Part shown: piece by piece, positions 8,941 through 19,615 of the stretch
Position numbering within the stretch: the stretch's first letter is position 1
Layout of the letters: each line of letters starts with the position of its first letter
Assembly: GCA_963644855.1 (NCBI GenBank)
Contig: CAVIQL010000001.1
Coordinates: forward strand, 29,105-93,104
Direction of reading: 5' to 3'
Source: Clostridiaceae bacterium Marseille-Q4149
GTDB taxonomy: Bacteria > Bacteroidota > Bacteroidia > Bacteroidales > Bacteroidaceae
DNA length: 64,000 bases
Notes under the pieces: generated by a model
What the model was told of the DNA's origin: nothing
The model's database searches: none
What the model saw: only the letters and a program-made list of their open reading frames with translations
Program-made: the position numbers and the translations under genes

Positions 8941-9828
8941 TTATTCTTGGAAAGATGCCCCTGCAATGTCAAGGAGTTCTGAGGTAATGGCCTGCTGACG
9001 TGTTTTGTTGTAAGTCAACGTTAGCTGGTCGATTAGCTCATCGGCATTGTCGGTAGCAACTTGCATTGCAACAACTCTTGACGCATGCTCTGCAGCAAGG
9101 CTGTCGAGAACGGCAGTAAACACTTGCAAGTGAAGAGTGGCGGGAATAAGTGAGGCAATAATGCTTGCCGGCGAAGGTTCAACAATATAGTCGAGCTGTC
9201 TGCCGCCTTTATTTTCTTTTGAATCGTTGTCGTTGCCGCTTGTCTCCAAATCAACGGGAAGAAACGTGTTGTGTTTTACTTCCTGTCTCGAAGAATTTAC
9301 AAAATGCTGCGAGATGATTTCCACCTTGTCCAATTCTCCCTCTTTGAAACGCGACATGAATTTCTCTGAAATAGCAGCCGCTTCATTATAAGATGGGTGG
9401 TCTAAAAGATATGCGTTGTCGGAGTCGAAAGCATATCCCGCTTTCTCCACGGCTTTAGCCATCTTTTTTCCAATAGGAAATATCTCAACACTTATTCCAC
9501 GATTCTCGTAGTCTTTTGCAACCTTCAGAAGTTCTTTTATCACGTTGGCATTAAACGCTCCACAGAGACTGGAATTCGAAGATATGGCAATAAGCGCCAC
9601 TTTCTTGATATCCCGTTTCTCGGAATACGCAGTCTCTAATTCTCCTTCGGTAGCAGAGAGAAAACGTTCCATTATCGATGCAAGACGACTCTCGTAAGGA
9701 CGCATACTCTCAATCGCCCTCTGCGCATGGTGCAACTTTGAAGACGCAACCATCTTCATCGCATTGGTGATTTTGCGTGTGCTCTTTACCGAGCCTATTC
9801 TTGTTTTTACTTCTTTCAGCGAAGGCAT
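8941..9828 (-). CDS. atpG: F1 ATP synthase gamma subunit
   Basis: MPSLKEVKTRIGSVKSTRKITNAMKMVASSKL...ITSELLDIAGA, typical gamma termini. Confidence 0.95.
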   Translation of the reverse strand: MPSLKEVKTRIGSVKSTRKITNAMKMVASSKLHHAQRAIESMRPYESRLASIMERFLSATEGELETAYSEKRDIKKVALIAISSNSSLCGAFNANVIKELLKVAKDYENRGISVEIFPIGKKMAKAVEKAGYAFDSDNAYLLDHPSYNEAAAISEKFMSRFKEGELDKVEIISQHFVNSSRQEVKHNTFLPVDLETSGNDNDSKENKGGRQLDYIVEPSPASIIASLIPATLHLQVFTAVLDSLAAEHASRVVAMQVATDNADELIDQLTLTYNKTRQQAITSELLDIAGASFQE

Positions 9829-9834
9829 GGCAAC

Positions 9835-11418
9835 TTACTTATATTGGGAACTTAAACCCTTTGCTTCGTCCTCGATAATAGATGTAACTTCTGCGGAAAT
9901 GTTTCCTTCCAAAATCTTGTCAAGCACGTCGGTGCGATGTTTCGTACGTATTACTTGCAAGAAGTTATCTTGGAATTCTGAGATTTTATCAACTGGAACG
10001 TCTGCCAGCAAACCGTGAATACCACAATAGAGAATAGCTACTTGTTCTTCCACAGGCATCGGAGTGTATTGCTTTTGAATGAGCAACTCCTTAGTCTTGC
10101 GTCCACGATCGATGGTCATAGCCGTAACCTTGTCCATGTCGCTTGAAAACTGCGAGAATGCTTCGAGTTCACGATACTGTGCCTGATCGATTTTCAACGT
10201 ACCTGCAACTTTCTTCATTGCTTTGATTTGTGCAGAACCACCGACACGCGATACTGAAATACCTACATCAATAGCCGGACGGAAACCTTCGTTGAACAAA
10301 TTGGACACAAGGTAAATCTGACCATCGGTAATTGAAATTACATTGGTAGGAATGTATGCGGAAACGTCGCCTGCTTGTGTTTCAATGATAGGGAGAGCTG
10401 TGAGCGAACCGCCGCCTACAACTTTTCCTTTGAGAGATTCTGGCAAATCGTTCATTTGTTCTGCCACTTTGGTTTCAGCGTTGATTTTTGCAGCGCGTTC
10501 CAAAAGACGTGAATGGAGGTAGAATACATCGCCCGGGTATGCTTCACGACCAGAAGGACGGCGAAGAATCAAAGATATCTCACGATATGCAACAGCCTGC
10601 TTGGAAAGATCATCGTAAACTACCAAAGCGTGCATACCACGGTCTCTAAAATATTCTCCAATAGCCGCTCCTGCAAATGGAGCATAGTATTGAAGTGCTG
10701 CCGAGTCTGCAGCCGTTGCAGCAACAACAACTGTGTAAGGCATAGCTCCGTGTTCTTTCAGTACTTGCACTGTGTTTGCCACCGTAGAAGCTTTCTGACC
10801 AATTGCAACGTAAATACAATAAACAGGATCACCGTTTTCGTAGTTGCGCTTCTGGTTTATTATCGTATCGATGGCAATTGCTGTTTTACCGGTTTGACGG
10901 TCGCCAATGATCAACTCACGCTGTCCTCTACCAATAGGGATCATAGAGTCGATAGCTTTCAAACCTGTTTGCAAAGCTTGGTTCACGGGTTGACGATAGA
11001 TTACACCGGGAGCTTTGCGGTCGAGGGGCATTCTCAATTTCTCGCCATCTATAGGTGCACCACCGTCAATAGGATTACCCAGAGGAGTAATTACTCTTCC
11101 GAGCATCTGATCGTTGACATCGATAGACGCAAGTCTATTGGTACGTTTAACTATCTGGCCTTCTTTAATACCTTCGCTCGAACCAAGAATTACGGCACCA
11201 ACATTGTCTTCCTCAAGGTTCATGACAATACCCATAGTTCCGTCTTCAAATTCAAGCAATTCGTTGGCCGTTGCGTTGAGAAGTCCGTAAATACGTGCCA
11301 CACCGTCTCCAACGGTTAACACCGTGCCAATCTCTTCAAGCTTTAGGCTCGTGTCTAATGATTTGAGTTGGTCTAGCAATACGCTCGACACTTCTGCTGG
11401 ATTAATATTCTTTGGCAT
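9835..11418 (-). CDS. atpA: F1 ATP synthase alpha subunit
   Basis: [15 protein letters not shown] Walker A; 527 aa. Confidence 0.97.
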   Translation of the reverse strand: MPKNINPAEVSSVLLDQLKSLDTSLKLEEIGTVLTVGDGVARIYGLLNATANELLEFEDGTMGIVMNLEEDNVGAVILGSSEGIKEGQIVKRTNRLASIDVNDQMLGRVITPLGNPIDGGAPIDGEKLRMPLDRKAPGVIYRQPVNQALQTGLKAIDSMIPIGRGQRELIIGDRQTGKTAIAIDTIINQKRNYENGDPVYCIYVAIGQKASTVANTVQVLKEHGAMPYTVVVAATAADSAALQYYAPFAGAAIGEYFRDRGMHALVVYDDLSKQAVAYREISLILRRPSGREAYPGDVFYLHSRLLERAAKINAETKVAEQMNDLPESLKGKVVGGGSLTALPIIETQAGDVSAYIPTNVISITDGQIYLVSNLFNEGFRPAIDVGISVSRVGGSAQIKAMKKVAGTLKIDQAQYRELEAFSQFSSDMDKVTAMTIDRGRKTKELLIQKQYTPMPVEEQVAILYCGIHGLLADVPVDKISEFQDNFLQVIRTKHRTDVLDKILEGNISAEVTSIIEDEAKGLSSQYK

Positions 11419-11456
11419 AAATGATTTTCTGTAATTATTATTTGCGGTTAAGGTGG

Positions 11457-12008
11457 TTATGAATTGCCTGCAGCCCTCATTAGACTCTTGCGAATGTTCT
11501 TAATCTGGCTGCTAATGGAAGCATCTATTCGATACGTACCATATTCCAAGACAAATCCGCCACCTATAGTCGGGTCTTTTTCTACATACAACTCAACTTG
11601 GCTGTTTGTATTGTCCTCGACAATTTTCCGCATTTTGTCAACAAAATCCTCGCTAACATCTGAGGATACAATGAGACGGCTTGACGTTATGTTTTTGTGC
11701 TTGAGATAGAGGTCTACATATGAATTCGCAATGAATTGCAGCATCATTGTACGCTTTTTCTCAATGATCAAGTTTAGAAAACTTGCCGTGGCTTTACTTG
11801 GGGTGTTCCCAACAGCTTTTCGAAATATTTCTAATTTTTCCTCTGCTGAAATTGCAGGGTTTTCTATCATTTGGCGAAGTTGGGGTGCGCTTAGGTAAAC
11901 CTTTGCCAGAAGATCCATTTCTTCGTAGACTGTATCTTCTTCGTGGAGTTCTATCGCGTATTTTAACAACGCCTTAGCATACCTAACGGAAACCGTTCCT
12001 ATATCCAT
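11457..12008 (-). CDS. atpH: F1 ATP synthase delta (OSCP) subunit
   Basis: 183 aa, [10 protein letters not shown] start, positioned between atpF and atpA. Confidence 0.85.
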   Translation of the reverse strand: MDIGTVSVRYAKALLKYAIELHEEDTVYEEMDLLAKVYLSAPQLRQMIENPAISAEEKLEIFRKAVGNTPSKATASFLNLIIEKKRTMMLQFIANSYVDLYLKHKNITSSRLIVSSDVSEDFVDKMRKIVEDNTNSQVELYVEKDPTIGGGFVLEYGTYRIDASISSQIKNIRKSLMRAAGNS

Positions 12009-12016
12009 TGTTATTG

Positions 12017-12517
12017 TTATTTGTCGAATTTCATCTCGTTAAGCAGACTATCTATGTAGTCGAGTTGCTTATCTTGGTTCTCAAGATCTTTTCGCAGTAC
12101 TTTTTCTGCGACATTAGTTGAAAGATCTACGACTTGGCTACGAATATCACGTAAAGCAATTTCTTTTTCGGCATTAATTTGCTCTTTGGCAGCGTCAATC
12201 ATTTTTTGACCTTCAATGCCGGCCTTGTCGCGAGCTTCTTTTATTATGGTTTGGCTTGTAGCCATCGCTTCCTTCAGAATTCTTGCTTGTTCATCGCGTG
12301 CATCGTGTAGGATCTTCTCGCTTTCATTCTTTATGTTGGCGAGTTTTTCATTAGCTTCGCGTGCTTTCTGCAAGGATTCGTCAATATATTTTTTCCGGTC
12401 TTCAACCATTTTTGTTATGACGGGGAAGCCAAACTTTGCCAAGATGATGAACATTACAACGAATGCAACGATCATCCAAAACAGAAGGCCGGAATCTGGG
12501 GTTAATAAAGCTGGCAT
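12017..12517 (-). CDS. atpF: F0 ATP synthase subunit b
   Basis: Single N-terminal TM followed by a long charged helix; operon position. Confidence 0.85.
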   Translation of the reverse strand: MPALLTPDSGLLFWMIVAFVVMFIILAKFGFPVITKMVEDRKKYIDESLQKAREANEKLANIKNESEKILHDARDEQARILKEAMATSQTIIKEARDKAGIEGQKMIDAAKEQINAEKEIALRDIRSQVVDLSTNVAEKVLRKDLENQDKQLDYIDSLLNEMKFDK

Positions 12518-12532
12518 TTATTTAGTCTAAAT

Positions 12533-12784
12533 TTATTGGAACAAGCCCAAAAGACAAACGATAACTGCGAACAAGGCAACACCTTCCACGAGAGCGGCGA
12601 TGATAATCATGTTCAAGCGGATATTGTTGGTTTCTTCAGGCTGACGTGCTATTGCTGACATTGCATCGCCACCTATACGACCGATACCGATACCTGCACC
12701 AATTGCTGCTAAACCTGCGCCTAAAGTTGCACCCATTTTACCGAGGGCTGCTACTGCTTCTAATAGAATTAATAGTGAAGTCAT
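12533..12784 (-). CDS. atpE: F0 ATP synthase subunit c
   Basis: 83 aa, two TM helices, GAGIGIG loop, conserved acidic residue in ALVEGVAL. Confidence 0.92.
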   Translation of the reverse strand: MTSLLILLEAVAALGKMGATLGAGLAAIGAGIGIGRIGGDAMSAIARQPEETNNIRLNMIIIAALVEGVALFAVIVCLLGLFQ

Positions 12785-12796
12785 GATTCTTGATTT

Positions 12797-13897
12797 TTAT
12801 TTTGTTATTTGTTCTTTCTTTTCTGGTTCAAGGTGTGCCAATCCTATGAACACTGCACTTAGCATTGTAAATACATAGGCTTGGATGAAGGCTACCAATA
12901 ATTCAAGGAAGTCCATGAATATTGTCATTGCAACACTTACAACGGTTAGAGATGTTCCTGCAATGATACCCATTTGGAATGTGATAAAGATTATGCAAAC
13001 CAAAGATATGATAATTGCGTGTCCTGCGAGGATGTTGGCAAATAGACGAACCATCAATGCAAATGGCTTGGTAAATACGCCGAAGAATTCTATTACCGGC
13101 ATCATTGGTACGGGACATTTCAACCAAGTAGGAACTTCTGGCCAAAAGATGTCTTTCCAATAATGCTTGTTGCCAAACAAGTTTGTTGCAATAAATGTGC
13201 ACAGAGCCAAGAAGAATGTAATGGCAATATTACCAGTAATGTTTGCTCCTGCCGGAAATATAGGAATCATTCCGATGAGGTTGCTCGTAAAGATAAAGAA
13301 GAATACTGTGAGTAAATAGGGAGCGTACTTACGATAATGTTTCTCGCCAATGCTACTTTTGATTACGTCGTCGTTTATGCTCATTATAAACATCTCCATA
13401 AATCCGACAAATCCTTTGGGAGCATCATCGCTTGGTCTTCTGTTTTTATACCATCTTGCACAGCACAAAACAAGGATTGTAACGAGACAAACCACAATGA
13501 GTAGTTCTAAAACGTCTTTGGATATGGAAATATTGAATGGCTTTATTTCGTTTCCCGTTTCGTCTTTTTCAACTATTTTCCCTTCGTATTCCTTTGATTT
13601 GGAAATATAGAAACCCTTGTAACTTCCGCCATTTTCGTGGAATTTAGAAGAAAGGAATACGTTCCAACCGCTTTTTTGACTGTACAATATCACGGGGAGG
13701 GGTACTATGATTTCTTTCTCTCCGATATTTGTGATGTGCCATTCGTATGAATCGTCAGTATGACTGAAGATTATATGCTGAATGTCTATCTTCTCTTTAC
13801 CCGAGTTTTCTGAATTCTGCGCGTAAGTATTGTTCCAAACAGATACTGTCAGGAGCATAAATAGCAAGGTCAATACAATGTTTTTATGTTTACGCAT
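12797..13897 (-). CDS. atpB: F0 ATP synthase subunit a (with an N-terminal extension of about 130 aa carrying a signal-like segment)
   Basis: C-terminal LMVRLFANILAGH motif (essential Arg) and multiple TM helices. Confidence 0.9.
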   Translation of the reverse strand: MRKHKNIVLTLLFMLLTVSVWNNTYAQNSENSGKEKIDIQHIIFSHTDDSYEWHITNIGEKEIIVPLPVILYSQKSGWNVFLSSKFHENGGSYKGFYISKSKEYEGKIVEKDETGNEIKPFNISISKDVLELLIVVCLVTILVLCCARWYKNRRPSDDAPKGFVGFMEMFIMSINDDVIKSSIGEKHYRKYAPYLLTVFFFIFTSNLIGMIPIFPAGANITGNIAITFFLALCTFIATNLFGNKHYWKDIFWPEVPTWLKCPVPMMPVIEFFGVFTKPFALMVRLFANILAGHAIIISLVCIIFITFQMGIIAGTSLTVVSVAMTIFMDFLELLVAFIQAYVFTMLSAVFIGLAHLEPEKKEQITK

Positions 13898-14285
13898 TTT
13901 GAATCCTTTTTTTTCGTTCTATGGCAAAGAAATATGAGAGTTCCAATGCCATTGCTATTATATAATATGTAAAAGATGTTATTCCAAGAACAAGTCCGTG
14001 GTCTTTGTAAAGATATATCAGAATTCCGAAAAGCATTATGCTTGCGAGAAATCTAACGATCTTATCAATCAGATAAAACGTGGTGATTGTGTTTGATTTT
14101 GAAGGCTGAAACAAGTCGCGCACATGGAGCGAACATGCATTTACTACGCTGAAAAAGATGCCGAGAACGATTACGGGAATAATCAGCGCGTTTTTCTCCA
14201 GCAATACCATGACTACAGCCAAGGCAATAGTCATGGCTGACAGCACGCAACTGCTTTTAACTGTGTATCGTCCTCGTTTTGTCAT
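13890..14285 (-). CDS. Small 4-TM membrane protein inside the atp operon (AtpI/AtpZ-like position)
   Basis: 131 aa, hydrophobic, between atpC and atpB, overlaps the atpB start by 8 nt. No recognisable motif. Confidence 0.5.
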   Translation of the reverse strand: MTKRGRYTVKSSCVLSAMTIALAVVMVLLEKNALIIPVIVLGIFFSVVNACSLHVRDLFQPSKSNTITTFYLIDKIVRFLASIMLFGILIYLYKDHGLVLGITSFTYYIIAMALELSYFFAIERKKRIQNA

Positions 14286-14288
14286 TTT

Positions 14289-14525
14289 CTATTTCAATTC
14301 AACGCAAGCCACAATCTCATTGTTGGAAACTTCCACGAATCCACCTTTGATGCCGATGCTTTTTATTTCGTCTGTTTTGTAGGTTATTTTGCCAGCTTGC
14401 AGACTTGATATAATAGGAGCATGACCTTTTCGTATTTCAAAAGGGCAGTGGCTTCCCGGAACGCTTACGTTTTCGGCGTCTCCGTTGAATATTACATCTT
14501 CGGGTGATATTATAGTAAGTTTCAT
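14289..14525 (-). CDS. atpC: F1 ATP synthase epsilon subunit (short form, beta-sandwich only)
   Basis: 78 aa, MKLTIISPEDVIFNG...GGFVEV, immediately downstream of atpD. Confidence 0.85.
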   Translation of the reverse strand: MKLTIISPEDVIFNGDAENVSVPGSHCPFEIRKGHAPIISSLQAGKITYKTDEIKSIGIKGGFVEVSNNEIVACVELK

Positions 14526-14546
14526 TGTTTGCTTGGATTGTTTTTG

Positions 14547-16160
<1,614 letters not shown>

Positions 16161-16261
16161 CTAAACAGGTTAAAAATGGACAAAAACAATGGTTTTTACG
16201 CTTAAAGGTGTGATTTGCTATTGTTATTGTGCAAAATTCGTGTAGAAAGCCGTTTGATGGG

Positions 16262-16370
16262 TCAAAAACAATGTCCGATGTTGTAAAAACGAGGTCGGAT
16301 ATAATTTAAATTTCGCCGCATCTAATTTAAATTAGATGCGGCGAAATTTTTGCTGAAAACGCATACTGTG
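16262..16370. repeat. Repeat family locus R5 (words plus 42-nt perfect palindrome)
   Basis: aaaaacaatgtccgatgttgtaaaaacgaggtcggatataatttaaatttcgccgcatctaatttaaattagatgcggcgaaatttttgctg. Confidence 0.8.
16308..16349. terminator. 42-nt perfect palindrome; likely terminator of the LysM/OMP operon
   Basis: aaatttcgccgcatctaattt|aaattagatgcggcgaaattt, located 47 nt downstream of the 16396..17124 gene (minus strand). Confidence 0.55.
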
Positions 16371-16395
16371 TAAACTGCTGTAAATCAAAGAGAAG

Positions 16396-17124
16396 CTAAT
16401 TCTTAATTAAGGTGATGTAATATCCTATTTTTACGAAAATGGTTCCGTTGGCAGAACGTGAGAATACGTCTTTTTTTGAATTCCCGAATATATCGCTCAA
16501 TCCGTAGTAATATCTTCCTTCCACGGTGAAGTGTCCTATTTTTGCGGTATTGAGTTCAAGACCAATACCGGCGGCAATTCCGTAATCTAATTTATGGTCG
16601 ATTTTCAAATCATATTGGGCGTACATATTGTTTGGACGGTCGGGATTACCTTCGGAATTCAAAGTCCATGTGGAACTCTTCTTTGATGCCTCGCTGAAAC
16701 AGTAACCAATTTGCGGACCGGCGAGAATATAGAACATAAATCCTTTTTCTTCGCGTCCCCACCCAAGGTTGGCAAACATAGGTAGCTGTATGTAGTTTAT
16801 TTCTTTTTGATAGGTGTCGGGAAGTTTCTCTCCGGCGTAGCTCAGAATGTCTTCTTTCCATCCGAGTTTGGCATAGTTTAATTCAACTTGCAGTGCGCAC
16901 ACTGTATTGAAGTATTTCTCGCACGTATATTTCATTGCCACACCGCCGGTATACCCCATAAGTTTTCCTTGTTTTATAGTGGGATCGAAATCAACAGAGT
17001 TCATGCTAATTCCCGAGGTTACTCCCATGCGTAACTCGTTGCGGCGCTCACCAACTTGGGCGTGTGTTACAAGGGCGGTTGTTATTGTAAAAAAAATAAG
17101 TATTGCGTAGACTCTGCTATTCAT
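16396..17124 (-). CDS. Outer-membrane beta-barrel protein (porin-family/OMP_b-brl-like)
   Basis: Signal peptide ...ALVTHAQ, alternating-hydrophobicity strands, C-terminal aromatic-rich strand. Confidence 0.65.
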   Translation of the reverse strand: MNSRVYAILIFFTITTALVTHAQVGERRNELRMGVTSGISMNSVDFDPTIKQGKLMGYTGGVAMKYTCEKYFNTVCALQVELNYAKLGWKEDILSYAGEKLPDTYQKEINYIQLPMFANLGWGREEKGFMFYILAGPQIGYCFSEASKKSSTWTLNSEGNPDRPNNMYAQYDLKIDHKLDYGIAAGIGLELNTAKIGHFTVEGRYYYGLSDIFGNSKKDVFSRSANGTIFVKIGYYITLIKN

Positions 17125-18805
17125 AGTCGTTGATTACAATAGTATGATTCTTAGTGAATTTTACGATGCGCACGGCTTTGTTAACGCTTCCTCCCCAGGT
17201 GTTAACCCTTTCAAACGAAAAAGGTTTTGATAACGATGATGTTTTGTCGCCAAATAGTTTTTTGGCGCAGTCAATTCCGAGATAAAAAGAGCGTTGTGCG
17301 TATGTAGAAGGTGTTTTGCCGAAAGTTTCGATATAAAATCGGCGCGACGATGAGTAATCGGCTGCGTAAACATTGATGAATTGTGGTGTGCAGATGGTTA
17401 CGCCCCAATTGTAGAACGAGTTTCGAGTGGACGTATCGAAGTCTTTCCACGAATCGTGCCCGAATATAGAAAAATCTTTATCTGTCAAATTGTTTTTATA
17501 TTTCTCGAGCATCGCATTCAGCGCCGTGTAGTCAGCTTTGAGTTGCGAGGAAACAAAAACCACATTGGGAATGTCTGCCCTAAAAGCGTTTGTAAAATCG
17601 GTTTGCGACGTAGCGGCGTTTACTCTAGTGTATGCTATGTTGCGCGAGTTCAACTCGTAGATTATTTTTGAGGAAACTTCTGCTTGTGAAGCCCCGTCAA
17701 ACCAAACCACGTTGGCATTTCCGTGTAACGACGCAAGAAAATATTTTACGCAAGCAGCGTTGGCGTAAGAATTCGGCATGTTGCCCATAGCTACATAAGG
17801 GTTGTTGTAAACCGCATCAAAGGCTGTGCTGAACGGAAGAAACATCTTGATGTGGTGTTCCTTACAAAAAGCTGCAACGATATTCGATACTGCTTCGCTT
17901 CCACTTGAAATAATTACGTTTGCCGAAGATACCCCTTCTTTTGAAAGGACTTTGTTGATATCGGTAACCGATTGTCCGGCATTGTGAGCCTCTACCGTGA
18001 AATTTTTCCCGCTTTTCCGTATTTCGTTCAAGGAGTAGAGAAGCCCGCGATAGTATTCTATGGAGCGGTTGCCGTCTGTATAGAACGGCATGAGCAATAA
18101 TATTTTATAAGAATCCTTTTGGGAAAGCAAACTTTCGCCCTGCGCGCGAACAGGATTGGAAACTATATTGTTTGTTTGCTTCGGCTTTACAAACGGAATG
18201 CAAACGTATGTTCCTTTGGGGAGTTTTTTGTCTGCGGTTTTCTTTATGTCGGGATTATAAGCTATTAGCTCGGATATTTCAACCTCGTATTTATTGGCAA
18301 TGTCTTCGAGAGTTTCGCCTTTGACCGAGATGTGCATTTCGCGGCAGTTTGTCCCCGCCAATCCAGTCGGCTTTGCTGCGACTACAGACGTGTCTACCTG
18401 CGCGGCTTCCAATCTGCTCACGGGTATCTTGATGGTGGTTCCGATTTTGAAGTTTTGTTCGCTGAGTCCGGGGTTTGCCTTTACCACAACATCTTTGTCG
18501 ATGTTATATTTGCGCGAAATGGAATAAAGCGTCTCTTTAGGCTGTATAGTGTGGTAAATATTGTTGTTTCCTCCGGTGGGAATATATAATTCCATTCCCG
18601 CATTTACTGCTTCGGTAATGCCTGGGTTTGCTTGTCGTATCTCGTCCAAACTCACTCCGTACATCTTTGAAATTGCGTATAACGTTTCGCCGGGTTTTAC
18701 TGTATGGGTGGATTTGGTGGCTTGTGGGTATGCTTTTATGGAAAGAAATATAATCGCCATAAATGCGACAATAATACGTTTTATATGGCTTTCGTACATA
18801 ATCAT
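17117..18805 (-). CDS. LysM-repeat protein fused to a periplasmic-binding-protein-like domain
   Basis: Three LysM repeats (HTVKPGETLYAISKMYGVSLDEIRQANPG; HTIQPKETLYSISRKYNI...ANPG; VKGETLEDIANKYEV...YNPD), then a domain of about 350 aa. Confidence 0.75.
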   Translation of the reverse strand: MIMYESHIKRIIVAFMAIIFLSIKAYPQATKSTHTVKPGETLYAISKMYGVSLDEIRQANPGITEAVNAGMELYIPTGGNNNIYHTIQPKETLYSISRKYNIDKDVVVKANPGLSEQNFKIGTTIKIPVSRLEAAQVDTSVVAAKPTGLAGTNCREMHISVKGETLEDIANKYEVEISELIAYNPDIKKTADKKLPKGTYVCIPFVKPKQTNNIVSNPVRAQGESLLSQKDSYKILLLMPFYTDGNRSIEYYRGLLYSLNEIRKSGKNFTVEAHNAGQSVTDINKVLSKEGVSSANVIISSGSEAVSNIVAAFCKEHHIKMFLPFSTAFDAVYNNPYVAMGNMPNSYANAACVKYFLASLHGNANVVWFDGASQAEVSSKIIYELNSRNIAYTRVNAATSQTDFTNAFRADIPNVVFVSSQLKADYTALNAMLEKYKNNLTDKDFSIFGHDSWKDFDTSTRNSFYNWGVTICTPQFINVYAADYSSSRRFYIETFGKTPSTYAQRSFYLGIDCAKKLFGDKTSSLSKPFSFERVNTWGGSVNKAVRIVKFTKNHTIVINDYE

Positions 18806-18916
18806 TTCTTGTTTTTTGCGTTACAAAAGTACAAAAAAAGCCGAAAGTTTGAGATATAAATCGTAACTTCGCAAAGTTAATAACAGTATTGAACATCATA
18901 ATAGCTTTTTTAGGTA

Positions 18917-19615
18917 ATGAAACTTAGAAATTTTCTCGTACTGCTATTTGCAGCCGTATCGATAATCGTACACGCCGATGATGATTTGCCAGGCGCCTCT
19001 CCTGTGATGGTGATATTTGCAAACGATAGCACGCAGACAACTGACAGCTACGAAGGATCTGCACCTGTAAAAGCAATATTCAAGGCAAACGCTACAGACT
19101 TTGGTGGGTATTCTCCGATATACGAATGGCGTTTTTTTGAGAGCGAAAATTCAGAAACTCCTTTCCTTGTGAGATATGACGAAACTACAGAGTATACGTT
19201 CAATGAAAGCGGCTCGTTTTCCATACAACTATATATAAGTTTTGTAAGCGGCACCGATACTGTGGAATATTCTCAGGATAATCCGTTCACAATAAGTATC
19301 AGTACTTCGAAACTTGAAATTCCCAATGCGTTTTCGCCCAATGGAGATGGACAAAACGATGTGTTCAAGGTGAAAGAGGGACATCAAAGTATCGTTAGTT
19401 TTCATGGCTACATTTTTAATCGCTGGGGAAAGAAAATATATGATTGGACCGATATTAATGGTGGTTGGGACGGCACTATAAATGGTCATGATGCGAAAGA
19501 TGGCGTTTATTATGTGATTATTAAAGCACGTGGTGCCGATGGACGCAATTACAATCTGAGGAGAGACGTAAACCTGCTGCGTGGATATGAATCATCTGAC
19601 ACGAACAACAACTAA
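18917..19615 (+). CDS. T9SS type-B sorting (gliding-motility C-terminal) domain protein
   Basis: Signal peptide; C-terminal IPNAFSPNGDGQNDVFKV...FNRWGKKIY...WDG...DGVYYV motif set. Confidence 0.8.
   Translation: MKLRNFLVLLFAAVSIIVHADDDLPGASPVMVIFANDSTQTTDSYEGSAPVKAIFKANATDFGGYSPIYEWRFFESENSETPFLVRYDETTEYTFNESGSFSIQLYISFVSGTDTVEYSQDNPFTISISTSKLEIPNAFSPNGDGQNDVFKVKEGHQSIVSFHGYIFNRWGKKIYDWTDINGGWDGTINGHDAKDGVYYVIIKARGADGRNYNLRRDVNLLRGYESSDTNNN

Noticed and set aside
10513-11319. 268-aa ORF on the plus strand
   Set aside because: It is antisense to atpA and is a shadow ORF.
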